Positions 38,289 through 51,290 of a DNA stretch of 64,000 nucleotides are shown piece by piece. The stretch spans positions 117,614,001 to 117,678,000 of the forward strand of contig OZ024745.1 of NCBI GenBank assembly GCA_964016885.1, written 5' to 3'. Source of the DNA: Eledone cirrhosa. Its lineage: Eukaryota. Within the stretch, counting starts at the first letter, position 1. Each line of letters begins with the position of its first letter. A program made the translations under genes and the position numbers. A model generated the notes under the pieces. The model searched no databases. It saw nothing but the letters and a program-made list of their open reading frames with translations, and was not told the origin of the DNA.

Positions 38289-39129
38289 ATATATATATAT
38301 ATATATATAGCAGGGGTTCCCAACTTTTTTTCTATAGTAAATATTCAGAAGCATACCACAAAGTTTGTTACTGGTTCGTAAACTGACATTTTATGATGTA
38401 GCAAAAAAAAACACAACTAAAGGGAGGTAACAAATAACTGACTTATGCGGTGGTTGCTGATTACTTTTCAAAAGATCACACACACAATTCCTCCCTTTTT
38501 TTTTCCTTTCTTTCCCTACCCTTTTCTCTTTTCATCCGCATGTCCAAACCTCAACCTCGCACACGGCCCACCTATATCTTCGCTCACACCGTTAGCTGCC
38601 CGATGTACTGGTCGGATTATTACTGGTGGTTGTAAATAAATAGAGATGCCACCATTTTAGGTGGTGGTGGCATGCACCTAAGAGACCTGCGTGTTGGGAC
38701 GACTTTGTGACAACAGGTCAACCTTCGACCTCTCGTTCTCCACCAACTTTGGCCTACACAAGGGGAGTTAACTTCCATCTCCTATCGCCCCCCACCGTTG
38801 GATTCGAACAGAACTAATCCTGATCACTTCACCACTCCTACAATAGTTAGCCCACTCTCAGCACTACTCCAAATCCCAAAGTTAGAGATAATGTTTACCC
38901 TGCCTCTATTGGTACCCCCCCCCCCCCCCACACACACACACTACCTCACCCGAATTCCAATGTTGGCCCTCTAACATCGGTTGCTACCAGTTCACCACAT
39001 GTTTATGTTCTCTGTATCCACACAAGTCAGTACCTGAAGACAATTAAATGTCACCTGTATTGCTAAAGCTACCACTTTAACTCCGACATACTTTATATGG
39101 AAGTCCTATGCTTCGACAACCAGCTTTCT

Positions 39130-40490
39130 ACTGAAGACTTTGCTGCAGCCCTCCATCATTCATCAACTGAATCCCAAAGGGGGCTCCGAGTAGTTTTGCA
39201 CATGCTCTCTCTAAACTGTTGAAAAACGTTTGTTTATCCAACAATACATCTGATTGGCAGAAACTGATTTTGTTCCCTCTCATCTCTCCACGTGCACAAT
39301 GTGAATTCCGGTTCCCTCACATCTCTCAAGCAACAGTTTCACCTCAGCTTGGAATCGGGCTGTGTCTACCAACAGGCCACCGACAAACTTACAAAATGCT
39401 GTTAATGCCAAATTTAGCGAATTTGACATTAAAGGAGCTGCCGTCTCCTCTCTTGCACAGTGTAACTCAGATTCTCTTGAGTGACTGAAAGAGAAGCACC
39501 CATCAGTCCCTCTGGATGACCAATTATACTGTCCTGAACCACCAGAATACTCAACACCGGTCTACATCACTGATAACATCAGGAAGGTGATTGCATCCTA
39601 TCCCATTGGTTCTCGTGTGGGGATTGACGGTCTACGACCTCAGCACCTCAAGAATAGTAACTCCTTATCAGCCAGTGATGCCAGACTTGAGCTCTTGGAA
39701 AGTCTGAGTCTGACTCAGTTTGTGAATCAATTCTCTTCAGAGAACGTTCTCTCCTATATCCGTCGATTATTCTTTGGTGCAAAACTATTCGGACTCACAA
39801 AGCTGAATGGAGACCTATTGCGGTTGGCTGCACCCTTCGTCGTCTTACTGCAAAGGTATGTTTGTTATTGGTCTCTGATTCACTGTCGGTGGATTTTCTC
39901 CCCATCTAGTTAGCGGTGGGTACCAGCGATTTGCCCAAGCAATTTGGAGGCCTTGGCCTACGTAAATGTTCGTCCCTCTCGCTCCTTTGTTTCAATTCCT
40001 CCACCCTAGTGGGTAACATCCTCTTCTTTCCAGCATGGACTAGTTCCAACAGGGAGATGGATGAAGTTCTTCTACGATGGAGAGAGCTAGGTTTGTCTGT
40101 TCCTGACACAATAGAGGACCAACAGGCAGAGTTTGAGACAACATATATTCGAAGGCCACCTTTAACTCTCTCTTCTACTAGTCAGATCAGTCCTCAAGGT
40201 GCCACCTACTGTCTGCTAGGTGACTGGGTTGATGCCCTACACATGGTCAACATCAGTGGTCTACTCAGTTTGGACGAGCTTTGAGTCTCCATTGCCCTCA
40301 GAGTGGGAGCCGATGTCTGTATGGGACTGAAATTTCAGTGTGGTAGGCTCATCGACTCCAGACACTCACGGTCTATCTTGCTGTCTAAATGCCAGTTGCT
40401 TCGCACGTCACACTGAGCTAAACCCCATCAAGAGGGCTTTGGCTCGGGCCAATATCCCCTCAATTTTGAAACCGTTTGGGTTTAAAGAAG
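39130..40490 (+). mobile_element. Heavily decayed CRE-clade retrotransposon with RT core deleted
   Basis: GIDGLRPQHLK, FFGAKLFGLTK.NG, LPKQFGGLGLR, GDWVDAL, then SIALRVG and RHTELN..IKRALARA. Confidence 0.75.
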
Positions 40491-40695
40491 GCGACAACCA
40501 TTTCTTGATTTGTAACTAAACAATGCTCATATTTCCTCCAGATTTATTCAGACTTCTTAGGCTCTTTGCGAAACGAATTTTAGAAATATTTTGTAATAGT
40601 TTTAAATTGTTACGGCTTTTAATACATTAACAATTTACTCAGGGTAATGTTTTTTTATGCGCGGAAGACGTAAATAGAAGGAAAAAGGAAAGAAA

Positions 40696-42245
40696 TCTGT
40701 AATCTATAATATAAAGCTGACGGCCGTATGTATGTAACAAACTTTTCGCCAAACGGCTAGACCAAACAGCACCAAATTTGCACCATAGATGTAACCTTTT
40801 CCAAGTAAAAAAGTGAGGGTATTTTTGTCTACTGAATTTTGTTAAAAGATTAAAGACATTATTTAAATATTCACTTCTTTAAAATTTCAAATGTAAACAC
40901 TTCCGGTTATGCGACATTCCTCACTCTTTCTTAGTTTGTCTGTTTAGATCAGAGATTCTCAAACTTTTGGGGCCACCGCCCCCCTCACGGCCTCGTAATA
41001 CCCTCAGCGCCCCCAACCATCAGTCTGTGATGACACATCCAAACCTTACCAGCAGAGAAAGTGGACATTAAACAATGATGGTGATGATGTTAGTTTATCA
41101 TTAGTAACAGAGATGTAAAAAGAATGTGATTTTGCCAATAAGAATAAAGACATCTATGAGATTGTGTAGAATCTACACAATCTCATACATATCTATATAA
41201 ATGCTTAATATACATATGCAATATATTTGTAAAAAATATAGTTGTTTAAAATTTAAACAATAAATAGCTTTTTTTTTTTTTTTTTTAATACTACACTGTC
41301 TCCCCCCGATATCAAAGCACCGCCCCCAGGGTGGCGGTACTGCCCACTTTGGGAAACAATGGTTTAGATAGATACATAGCTATGACGTCGCGCCCTTATA
41401 ATATGTCTCTGTATGTCTGGCTGTCTGCATTAGATACATAGCTATGACGTCGCACAACATTCCTCTCTTTTTCTTAGTCTGTCTTTTTAGATAGATACAT
41501 GGCTATAACGTCGCGCCCTTATAATATGTCTCCATATGTCTGGCTGTCTGCATTAGATAACGTTTTTCGTAATAATTACTTCTACGTTCACAGATTGATT
41601 TTTTCTAGTTTCAGAAGATCCCGTTAAGGGTGAAAGCAGCGATTCTTTGCTTAAACTTTAATCTGTTATTTTAATATATATATTCGTGTATAGATATGTT
41701 TGCATACACAAAAACAAAATATAAACAGACCTATTTATTTCACGAAAGCACAGACGGCTTATCGTCATTGTTACTGCCGATATGCCACCTAAAAAGTCCC
41801 ATCCTGGCCGCAAGATCAGATTTTCCAGAAGAAAAAATGTTACTAGAGCATGAGAGTCTGAAGATGATCATGAACGTCGCCTTCAACAGATGAGGACTCA
41901 AGCGAGAGCCATTCGATCAGCCCAGTCTCAAGAGCAGCGCCAGTCTCGCCTTCAGCAACTGAGGTCCCGTGCAGAAGGCAGGAGAGCAACACAGACAGAA
42001 CAAGCCAGATTGGAGCAGGTGAGTTCACAAGCTGATTGCATCCACATTGCATTACAGCATCAGTGTGCCATACAGGTCCTTGCATAACAGTCCGATTTTT
42101 AACTATTCAAACCCAACATCAGAGCACGTTAATCCCCCCCCCCTCTCGCTGACTTGAGAGGGAGTGCGGTATCTTTGCACTGGAGTGGAGGGAGGATTCC
42201 TGAAAAGATAAAATGCCGGTATACCTAGCCGGACGGGACAGGTAG
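40696..42245 (+). mobile_element. Non-autonomous Helitron with a RepHel N-terminal STPR-like repeat remnant (41781-42020)
   Basis: A|TC..TCTATAATATAAA 5' end; MPPKK..ESEDDHERRLQQMR..QSQEQRQSRLQQLR (23-aa periodicity, in-frame stop); 3' CCGG..CCGG hairpin then GTAG|T (degenerate CTAG). Confidence 0.7.
40950..41361. mobile_element. hAT (Charlie-like) MITE with 8-bp TSD GTTTAGAT, inside the Helitron
   Basis: CAGAGATTCTCAAA...TTTGGGAAACAATG; GTTTAGAT at 40942-40949 and 41362-41369. Confidence 0.85.
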
Positions 42246-42419
42246 TAACTGATATTTTTGCTGGGAAAAGTTGTATGTTGTGGTATTTATGCTAACTATA
42301 TATTACTAATTGATAAAAAGACTTGTTTTATTAGGAATTGATATTTGCCTTTTTGTCCGTGAAATATTCGGGCAAATTCTATTTCTTGTTTTATTTACTG
42401 TTGTATAAAAAGAGATATA

Positions 42420-42605
42420 ATAATTGTTTCTACTTTTGGCACAAGGCCAGCAAATACCCAGTGCATTACTGGTATTTTATTTTATCGACCCCGTAAGGAT
42501 GAAAGGTTAACCTCGGCGGGATTTGAACTCAGATCATAAAGGGCCGTAATTCTATGCTAAAAAGCATGGTGTCCGACTGACTCTCTACCGATACTGCCAA
42601 TCCAA
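42420..42605 (-). mobile_element. tRNA-derived SINE (short form)
   Basis: Reverse complement of the 19376-19560 family. Confidence 0.9.
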
Positions 42606-43460
42606 TAATACAATGCTTACAGAACGAAAGCACAAACAAATATAATATAAAGGAAAAGGAAAACAGAACAAAAAAACAAACAAAAAAACACATATGGGTC
42701 CACATACAACAAAAGGGAGGCGAAAGTGGTGGACAACCGAGCCGCTACCAGAGTAAAAGATAACAATATCGCGAAGGAACACTGGGAAACCTCTCTAATA
42801 ATTTTTGAGGCAAGCCAAGCACGCTCGCAGCGTTACCCCTAGGTGATGCGCTAGAACAGCCAAGCGCCCTCACGAGCATCACCAGTTACCTCTGTTAGGC
42901 GAGTCACTAGTGAAGATAGGAATCTCGCAGTCAGGAGCTCGATTCCCCTAAATGTCTCGAACGCTACAGGCTGGAAAATGTAGTTGGCCGACAGATCACG
43001 GTATTTTAGTATTTTGTTCCGTTCGGCTGCGGAAGCTGTGTTTGTTCCGCTTAATCAAAGAATCCCATACACCTATGCCAATTATGTCAGAAGCAATAAC
43101 TTTTTACAAGTACACGTCTCGGGTTCAGATAGGAACCTGTTGGAAATATCTCGTTTTTCAGTTATCTGCAGCCGGAGGCATTCGGACTTATCTTGCGACT
43201 TCGAATGATTTTGGGCAAAGTCGTTCCACCGTCCGCCTGCGGTACATCCAACTCAGTCTGCATCCACACAATGTCTGCACACCACACGAACTGCTAGCAC
43301 AAGGGGACCAGAGAGTAGCCCCTGAACCCTCTTGTGACGTCACTTATCCTCACGCTTCCAGTCAGGTGTCCCCCATCTTTCGGCAATCTCCCCTCATGGC
43401 AGCCCCACATTATCGGAAGAAGAAAGGGAGCGATCCTCGGAATTTCCCACTCGCAGAGAT
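42606..43460 (-). mobile_element. Internally deleted CRE-clade element: endonuclease C-terminus (~42790-43050) plus 3' UTR, fused to a GC-rich 5' segment
   Basis: Minus frame SAAERNKILKYRDLSANYIFQPVAFETF..EVTGDAREGAWLF..GNAASVLG, typical of the CRE restriction-like endonuclease end. Confidence 0.75.
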
Positions 43461-43729
43461 TTAAATACAATTACACCTGTCTCTATTTGAAGTGAAACAT
43501 TTTGTCTTAGTTTTATTTGTGTGTTAGAGTTAGGCTACTCGCCCCCATGTAACTAAAACGAATAATTTCCGACGGTTTAGAAGGTCAGATTCGTTAAAAA
43601 CACACAAATGAAAAAATAAAATTTCTACCTGAACCCGAAGCGAAAAATAATAGAGATAATAAAATAAATGAGAGTATAAAAAGGAGAGCAAGAGGCGGTG
43701 TCTCGGTTCATAATGTATACACATTCATA

Positions 43730-43908
43730 TTTGTTTCTACTTTAGGCACAAGGCCAGCAATAACCCAGTGCATTACTGGTATTTTATTTTATCGACCCCG
43801 TAAGGATGAAAGGCAAAGTCAACCTCGGCGGGATTTGAACTCAGATCGTAAAGGGACGTAACTATGCTGGAAAGCATGGCGTCCGACCCTCTACCGATAC
43901 TGCCAATC
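43730..43908 (-). mobile_element. Young tRNA-derived SINE (short form), TSD CATTCATATT
   Basis: Near-identical reverse complement of 27072-27256. Confidence 0.92.
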
Positions 43909-44222
43909 ATTCATATTAATTGGCAGAAAGTGACTGATGTGTACACGAGGGTGTCCAATTCAAAAGTATTGTCACTGCTACGAGGATACTTTCGTGGTAA
44001 GTTATTATTGTTATCTGCCCCAACACAGTGAAAATAACAGCTATAGAACAATCTTCACACAAGTTGCTATTATGTTTGTATAAGTTTATTTAAAGAGATA
44101 TTTCATCTTTCATATTTGGTTCATTTTTTCGTGTTCATACTTTTTTTTAAATTATTTCTTTCATACCAATAATAATTGTTAAAGTTCGTCACAGGTATGA
44201 AAATACACTCTTGACAGGTGCA

Positions 44223-44307
44223 ATGTGTCCGAACGCGGAAGAGCCGAGCTCCTACCGTCATCGCCCCATCTCTCTCTATTCATACTTATTCCTATTGCTT
44301 TGCTCAG
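44223..44307 (+). CDS. Candidate exon 1 of the SDR gene (MCPNAEEPSSYRHRPISLYSYLFLLLCS), possibly an N-terminal extension or 5' UTR
   Basis: ATG at 44223, CpG-rich, phase-1 donor CAG|GT at 44307 compatible with the 50674 acceptor; frame stays open into the SDR. Confidence 0.5.
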
Positions 44308-45159
44308 GTGTTTATAATAGTTTCAAGTTTGGGTGGCTCTCCTGATACGAGAACTGTCATCTGCAAATCGAAAATGCGTAAAATATTTGCTGTCAATTTT
44401 AACATGCTTTTCGTTTCCTCTTCCCCAAGGCAGTTTTCAAAACATTTCTAAATATTTAAAGCGAAATATAATCTCCGTCTTTTGCCTCCCATCCCCTATC
44501 TTTTTTTATAGAAATTTATTTGAATCTTCGTATATGCCAGTCCATCGCATATACTGGAGCGACGGGAAATGAAGTGTTTTGCTCAAGAGCACAACACACA
44601 ATCAAGACTAGGAATCGAACCCACAACATTACGATCGTAAATCCAACACCTTTACCTACGTGCCTCCCTTTGATCATTGTTTTAATGTTTGGTTTTCTAT
44701 TATTGTGAGTTATGTTAACTAATACTAAGTATATTTATGTAGAATTGTAACAATCTCAGTATTAGTTTCTAGTTAAGTGGTGTGAGCCAACAAATAAGTG
44801 CCACAACCTTGAACACAGCAAAGAATTGACAGCTCGTTAGGTTACTGTCCCAATAATTAGTGATTCTCTATGTTTGTGTCTATGAATACATAATATGTAT
44901 TAACTTGACTTAATTATTTATCATCAAAGTGGCTTGATAACTTTATGTGTGTCATCTGGGGCTACATAACATATTCTATCATGTAATTTGGGGGTGTCTT
45001 TCCACAAGTGTTATCATTACAATTTCGTTGTTGTCAAACCCCAGGTTAGGCCTAATCAAGTAGATATATGATCAAAGGCGTTCCAGCCATACCATCTTGT
45101 CATTTATTAAAACACTGTGTATTTAAGACCAATTTATCCATACATTTGTAAAAACTCTT

Positions 45160-45553
45160 AACGTCCTGGACCCCATAAAACCACATTAACAAGAAATTCT
45201 TGTAAAGTAGACATCACTATGCATGGGCCCATAATTCCTGAGGGAGTTGTGGGTGCGCCAAATTGCCATACAGCGTTTCTAGGGCATTTATTACACCTGG
45301 CAGGGTCCATTCCTCTCCAGGTTTTAATACAGATTTCTTCCAGAGAAGTATAGAGAGAAAGTGAGAGAATCGAAGAGAGAAAAAGATTTAGAGGAAGAAT
45401 CAACCCCAGTACTTGACTGGTACATTTTATCGACCTTGAATGGATGAAAGGCAAAATTGACTTTGGCAGGATTTGAACTCAGAGAGCAGAAAGCCAAAAC
45501 GAATACCGCAAAGCATTCTACCCAACATTCTAACGACTGCCAATTCGCTACCT
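45160..45553 (-). mobile_element. tRNA-derived SINE (long form)
   Basis: GGATGAAAGGCAAAATTGACTTTGGCAGGATTTGAACTC core. Confidence 0.85.
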
Positions 45554-46026
45554 TAACACCACTATAAAGTCACCAATACTGCAAATTTTCACAAAGATCT
45601 ATCCACTAGTAGAGCTACTACAAACATTTGAATTAATAAATTTGTTTTTAGATATTTTCTACTATTTATATTAAGAGTGATACCAATCTGTCTTAGACTG
45701 CTCTGGATTTATGATATAATACTGTTCATTTTAAAATGTTTATCCTTATATTAAAACCTCCCCATGTGAGACCAGTCAAGCTCATGCATGTTATACAACT
45801 GTCTTACTTGGAAAATCTACCTCTGGGTCTCCTACCTGTTCCACAAAATATGATATTGACCATATGTATTTCCCAATATCACAAGTCAGAAACATTGTAT
45901 TTATGATAACACATCAGCACCAAATTCCACTACATAAAGCTTTGTAATAAATTTCAATAATTTCTTATAAATTCTAATTTCAACTTCCGAGTTGTTTCCT
46001 CAACCTCGCTTATTCACAATTAATCA

Positions 46027-46302
46027 TTAACCCTTTAACATTTAAACCGGCCGAATCCGGCCAGAATTCTCTAATCTCTTCCTGTTCTAATTGGCCATAA
46101 CCAGCTGCTCATACTTATGTTAAGGTATTGTACTTAAAATAAATAATATCAAATTCTCATAGATTCGATAAAGCCTTTACTGTGAAAATACAATAGTAAA
46201 TATAGAGTAATGTAAATGTTATGTGAGATATTATGTGAAGTAAAGTGTTTACTGTGAAAATACAATAGTAAATATAGAGTAATGTAAATACTAAAATGTT
46301 AA
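46027..46302. mobile_element. piggyBac-type MITE family 1 with internal duplication
   Basis: TTAA-CCCTTTAACATTTA left end; duplicated TTTACTGTGAAAATACAATAGTAAATATAGAGTAATGTAAAT. Confidence 0.82.
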
Positions 46303-46334
46303 GTTAATGTTTCTCCTACTCAATGGATTCAATT

Positions 46335-46660
46335 GCAAAGCATAAACGAACTAAGGAAAAATTTAGAAATAAGAGGGATCAGATGTTGTTTACTCGAGAG
46401 AAGGCTACGTTGGTATGGTCACATGATGCGCATGAAGGACGATAGCTGTATAACAAAGTGCAGGGCAATAAAGATAGACGGTAGCCACGGAATAGGCAGA
46501 CCCAGAAAAACCTGGGACGAGCTGATAAATTTCGACCTCACACACTTACACCTCACCAAGACAATGTCACTGGACCGAGACCTTTGGCGGTACTCAGTAA
46601 TAGAGAAGACCCGCCTTACCTAAATACAAAGTAAAACCTACTACAGTCAGTAGGCATCTC
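46335..46660 (+). mobile_element. RTE LINE 3' fragment (same subfamily as 27745-28640)
   Basis: ERRLRWYGHMMRM..GRPRKTWDE..DRDLWR. Confidence 0.9.
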
Positions 46661-46724
46661 TAACAAAATACACCCCCGTCCCACCACCCCCACCCCATCC
46701 ACACCGCCCCTTTCAATGTAAAGT

Positions 46725-47013
46725 TATGTTGGTGCCACAACATCCAGGCCGAAACAAATGAGATCGTGTAGGTGTCACGTAAAAAAAACACACAGTTCAC
46801 GCTGTAATGTGGCGGTGTAGGCAACACGGTAAAAACCTCCCAGCCCCACACTGTAAATGTGGTTGGTGTTAGGGAGAGCATCCAGCTGTAGAAAACCCGC
46901 CAGATAGTCCTATGCGAGCAAGATAATCACTCTTGCCTCAAGTGGCAAAACCCCCGTCCAAACCCATGCAAGCGTGGAACACGGACGTTAAACGTTGATG
47001 ATGATGATGATGA
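46725..47013 (+). mobile_element. SINE 3' part with RTE-type tail and (GAT)n
   Basis: Homology to 21225-21469. Confidence 0.8.
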
Positions 47014-47269
47014 TATTGTGTTTTTCTCTACATTTGTTTGCAGAAGTCCCCCATAGGAAATTGATACAATTTACATAATCTTAAATATAAAAAATTATAA
47101 TCATATTAAGATATAATAGGGATTTAAATGTTTCAATTTTTTTAATTTTTTATCTTATTCAAGTTGCAGATTTACGCAATGAAACCCAATATGGATATAA
47201 ACATAACACATTCCTCTCATAGTAGCTACTTGACTGAGATCAATTATATGTGTGTGTGTGTGTGTGTGT

Positions 47270-49440
47270 GTAGAAATTGTGGCCTTGGTTGAGAGGAGAC
47301 AAGTGGATGTATGTTGTGTTGAAGAGGTGAGATGGATGGGTGCCTCAGCAATACTATTCACCAGAAAACAATATAGATACAAGCTATTCTGGATAGGAAA
47401 TGATAATTGGGTATGTGGGGTAAGCAGCTGAATTGTAGATACATAAGGTATTGTAGTAGGAGTAAGTGACAGAATTATCAAGCTCAGAATAATCATAGGC
47501 AATAGGATGACAACAATTATCTCTACCTATGCACGAAAAGCAGGACTGAGTAAAGAACATAAGGACCGTTTCTATGTGGAACTCTTACAGACAACTTCAG
47601 TTGCAGATGATAGAGGCCTCATCATCTTGGCAGGCGACTTCGATGGACATGTTGTGCAGCACCTGGCTACACTGGGGTACATGGTGGCTATGGATACGGC
47701 TCAAGAAATGAAGAGAGAGAGAGTGAGGCTCCTGGAATTCTGTGATGCTAATGAACTAACCATTTGCAACATTAATTTCAGGAAACTGGCCAGCCATCTG
47801 ATCACCTACCAATCTGGCAAACACACAAACCAGATTGACTTCTTGTTAGAAAACAGGATTGTAATGACCTACATTCTGAAGGCTCTTGAATACATTCTCC
47901 ATATGTTGTTTAGCTCAGTTCAGCCAGTCGCTACCAGCGCAGGGAGATGCATTTTAACTTCCGCCCCAAGGGAAAAATTTTCGAATTAAATGTTCCATAA
48001 AAACAAAAAATTAGAAGTGGTATTTTTAAAAAGAGAACACACAAGCTTTCTTGTATTGTATCAGCACCATGTAAAAACCTTTTTGTTGATAACAGCACAA
48101 CACAGTTTTCTGTCACGTTTAAATAGCCAAACAGCTAGTCATTTGACACAACGGCTCAACACGGCCCTTAGCGCCTCATTTTTCTTCTTGCATGAATTCT
48201 TTTGTTCAATTTTGTCATTGATGTGCTCTCTTTCAGCGTTTTTCCTGCTAATTCAATCTTATTTATTGCCTTCTAGGCTAAATAGGGGGTATTGTAGTGA
48301 CCTACATTCTGAGGGCTCTTGAATACATTCTCCATACGTTGTTTGGCTCAGTTCAGCCAATCACTACCAGCGTATGGAGATGCATTTCGACTTCCGCCCT
48401 AAGGGAAAAATTCCCGCTTCTTTCAAAAAACTATCTCTCTTTGCATCTCGGCACCGGAAGGTAAACATCTCTTGACTTTGCTCCTCAAATATTTCAAAAT
48501 GTAACTACTGGAATTCTTCGCACAGTGGCTTCTAACTTCAGCCATCGGTCTGCGTATTCTTTTACAGCATCTTAATTTGTTTTGTTTCCTTTCTTATGAC
48601 ATGTCCTCACTGCTAACTCAACTTCTCATCTTTGTAAATAAATTATATATATAAAAACATTGTAATGCTCTATGATGATATTTGCCACAAAATTCCCTTG
48701 GACTGTTTCGGTTACTCTCTGTGATACAATACGCAAACAAATATTAACATTCATAACACAACCTATGTCCATATATCTCTCTCCTATTAACTCTCAACTA
48801 AATAACTTCTTCTAAAGGATAAACAAATGGTTATAAATGTTAAGTCCTTCCCTAAGGAGGAAAGTATGAAAGCTCAAGGTCGTTTCAGTTAAGTATAGGT
48901 TTAGAAAGACTCTACAGGATGCATATGATGAGAAGGAAGATGAGTTAGATACATATAGGAGGACATTTGGAAGTTCTTACGTTATAACCTATTATAGACT
49001 ACTGATGAGATTTGTGGCTTGAGCAAAGTACTGGCTAGTCAGATGGTGACCTGGTGATGAAACAACACAGTGGATAAAGCCATTAAGGATAAGAGACAGG
49101 TGTAGAAAGAATGAAAAAATGGGGGTAATAGAAACCAGTACAAGGTAGCCAAGAGAGGAGCTGGATGTCATGTATATATAGTACACCAAGAGGCTGAAAG
49201 AAAGAGGCTTGCCAATGTCTTATGGCATGAAGATAAAAGATGAAAAATGTTCCACATTGCAAGGCAGTGTGTAAGTGTGAATCAAAATATTATTGAGGAA
49301 AAGTGTGATTGAAATGATGCTGGTACATTTAGAATCACTCATAAGAACGAGGCCTGGAATTGCCACTATGAAAGGTTGATGAATGTGGAGAATGAGGGTG
49401 AGGAAGGGAGACAAACCCCAACAGAAGGACCAGCAATCTT
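47270..49440 (+). mobile_element. Decayed RTE LINE endonuclease/linker region, interrupted by an LTR insertion at 47860-48815
   Basis: VDVCCVEEVRW, ISTYA, ILAGDFDGHV, LLEFCDANEL, ITYQSG..QIDF; resumes after 48820. Confidence 0.82.
47860..48815 (+). mobile_element. LTR-derived insertion with 5-bp TSD AGGAT, containing a second LTR start at 48293
   Basis: TGTAATGACCTACATTC at 47860 and TGTAGTGACCTACATTC at 48293; AGGAT at 47855-47859 and 48816-48820. Confidence 0.7.
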
Positions 49441-49444
49441 TCAT

Positions 49445-50310
49445 ATTCATCTCATGTCCATACCTGCACACTGCATCTGATCTCTCTTATGCTCAGTCTC
49501 TCTCTCATTTCATTTATGCTTTGCTGGCAGTGATAATAGCTCCCTGAACTTTTTCCATCCTATTCTCACTCTGGCTTCTGTACTTTCAGAATACTCCCCT
49601 CCACTGCTGATTTGGTCACTCGGGTAGCAGAAGCTGTCTACTGCTTCTACGGAACCTTCCAAGAATTTGTTAGAGCTTGTTTCCTGTGTGCTTTTGCTGC
49701 CTATTGCTCCTGTGCAACTGCCACATGTAAAACCTACATTCTTAGCTAACCTACCTGAGATCTCACTTGTGTACCCATAGTTGGCATTTGGGACTGAGGA
49801 TGGAATTGTTACCTATGCCTTTCCTATACACTGAACAAGACCATTTCTCTGAGGGGATCAGGGTCCTGTTTTCTTTTCTACTTACTAAGACCTTAGTCTT
49901 TGTCAGATTGACTTTAAGACCCTTTGATTCAAGGCCAAGTTTCCAGATTTGGAATTTCTTCTCTAATTCTGCCATAGATTCAGCTATAAGTGTTAGATTA
50001 TCTGCTTACAGGTGTTCCTATAGGCAGCCAGTCTTAAACTCCTCTGTTATAGCCTGCAGAAGAGGGCTAAGAACAGAGTCCTGGCAGACACCCACCTGCA
50101 CGCTAAATTTTTCACTATAGTCTAACCCATGCTAGCGCGGAAGATGGACGTTAAACGAAGATGATGATGATGATGATGAGTCATTGTTAATTCTAACTTT
50201 GCTGGCTGCTCTTCTATACATGGCTTGTACAGCCTTCACAAGCCACTCATCTACTCCTAGTTTTCTTAGAGTCCACCAAAGTATGGCACAGGGGACCCTA
50301 TCAAAAGCTT
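49445..50310 (-). mobile_element. Decayed RTE LINE RT/PHD region, with a short SINE/RTE tail inserted at ~50118-50180
   Basis: KAFDRVP, GLESKGLKVNLTKTKVL..WSCSV.RKGIG.NSI..KCQLWVHK. Confidence 0.85.
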
Positions 50311-50673
50311 TATATATATATGTGAGTGTATTTTACTCACATACCCAACACATAGCACACAAGACAAAGTAAAAATTAAACACATCTTTCAAAACCATAC
50401 ACCAAACCTCCCACCAAAACAACAACCACCCTCCACCTATTACTGTTATGGGGACAACAGTTGTCATCAGGCTGCAGCTGTCTTATTACATAGTTTCTAA
50501 TACTTCTTTCTATACAATGTAAACTCTTTTTTCACTGAATATTCTTTATATTTTGTAAAGTAAAGAAACTTTACTGGAAATGTTATGTACTTTTCTCTCT
50601 TTCTATAAAATAATCTTTTATCACTATTCCATTTTCTGTATCTATGATTTTAATAAATTAATTTTTATTTCAG

Positions 50674-50745
50674 CATTTATCTTCCAGAAATTCCCATCGT
50701 TCTGTCAAGTTCAAAGCATCATGACTGCCATCAGTACAATAAAAG
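50674..50745 (+). CDS. Exon 2 of the SDR gene (AFIFQKFPSFCQVQSIMTAISTIK; alternative start ATG at 50721)
   Basis: Acceptor TTTTTATTTCAG, donor AAG|GTAGGT, 72 nt phase 1-1, in frame with the SDR exon. Confidence 0.75.
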
Positions 50746-50820
50746 GTAGGTAGTATGAAGGGATTTTAGAAATGCTGAAATTATGGTCATTGGTTATGTA
50801 TTTTGTGTCAGAGATTAGCT

Positions 50821-50890
50821 CAGAGTTTCTCAAACATTTTGGGCCACCGTCCCCCTTGTGGCCAGGTAATACGCTCAGCGCCCCCACTCC
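50821..50890 (+). mobile_element. hAT MITE left-end fragment (same family as 40950-41361)
   Basis: CAGAGTTTCTCAAAC.TTTTGGGCCACCG.CCCC..GTAATAC.CTCAGCGCCCCCA. Confidence 0.7.
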
Positions 50891-51114
50891 TATTTCCAGA
50901 AAGACCTGCCTACACGCAAATTGTTAAAAAAATATATAATAAATAAAATCGTTAATTTATATATAATAATTTATATAATATATACTATGTATAAATAAAT
51001 ATTATATATATTTTATTTTACTATATCTAAACTATAATAAAGGAAGGTCTGCGGGACTGCGTACGGTTTTTTTTTATCCCGTTAGTAAAATAAGTTGGAT
51101 TACTTTAAATAAAT

Positions 51115-51290
51115 AATTGTTTCTACTTTTGGCACAAAGCCAGCAATTAACCAGTACATTACTGGTACTTTATTTTATCGACCTGGTATGGATGAAAGGC
51201 AAAGTTAACCTCGGCGGGATTTGAAATCAGATCATAAAGGGACATAACTATGCTGGAAAGCATGTCCGAGCCTCTACCGATACTGCCAAT
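51115..51290 (-). mobile_element. tRNA-derived SINE (short form), TSD AATAAATAAT
   Basis: Reverse complement of the short SINE family. Confidence 0.9.

Noticed and set aside
41781-42087. Host gene exon with coiled-coil repeats
   Set aside because: In-frame stop and position inside Helitron termini point to a RepHel remnant
42760-43464. Structured ncRNA (7SK-like) or the 170-aa + strand ORF
   Set aside because: The minus strand encodes recognisable CRE endonuclease motifs; no 7SK terminal stem or Pol III terminator identified
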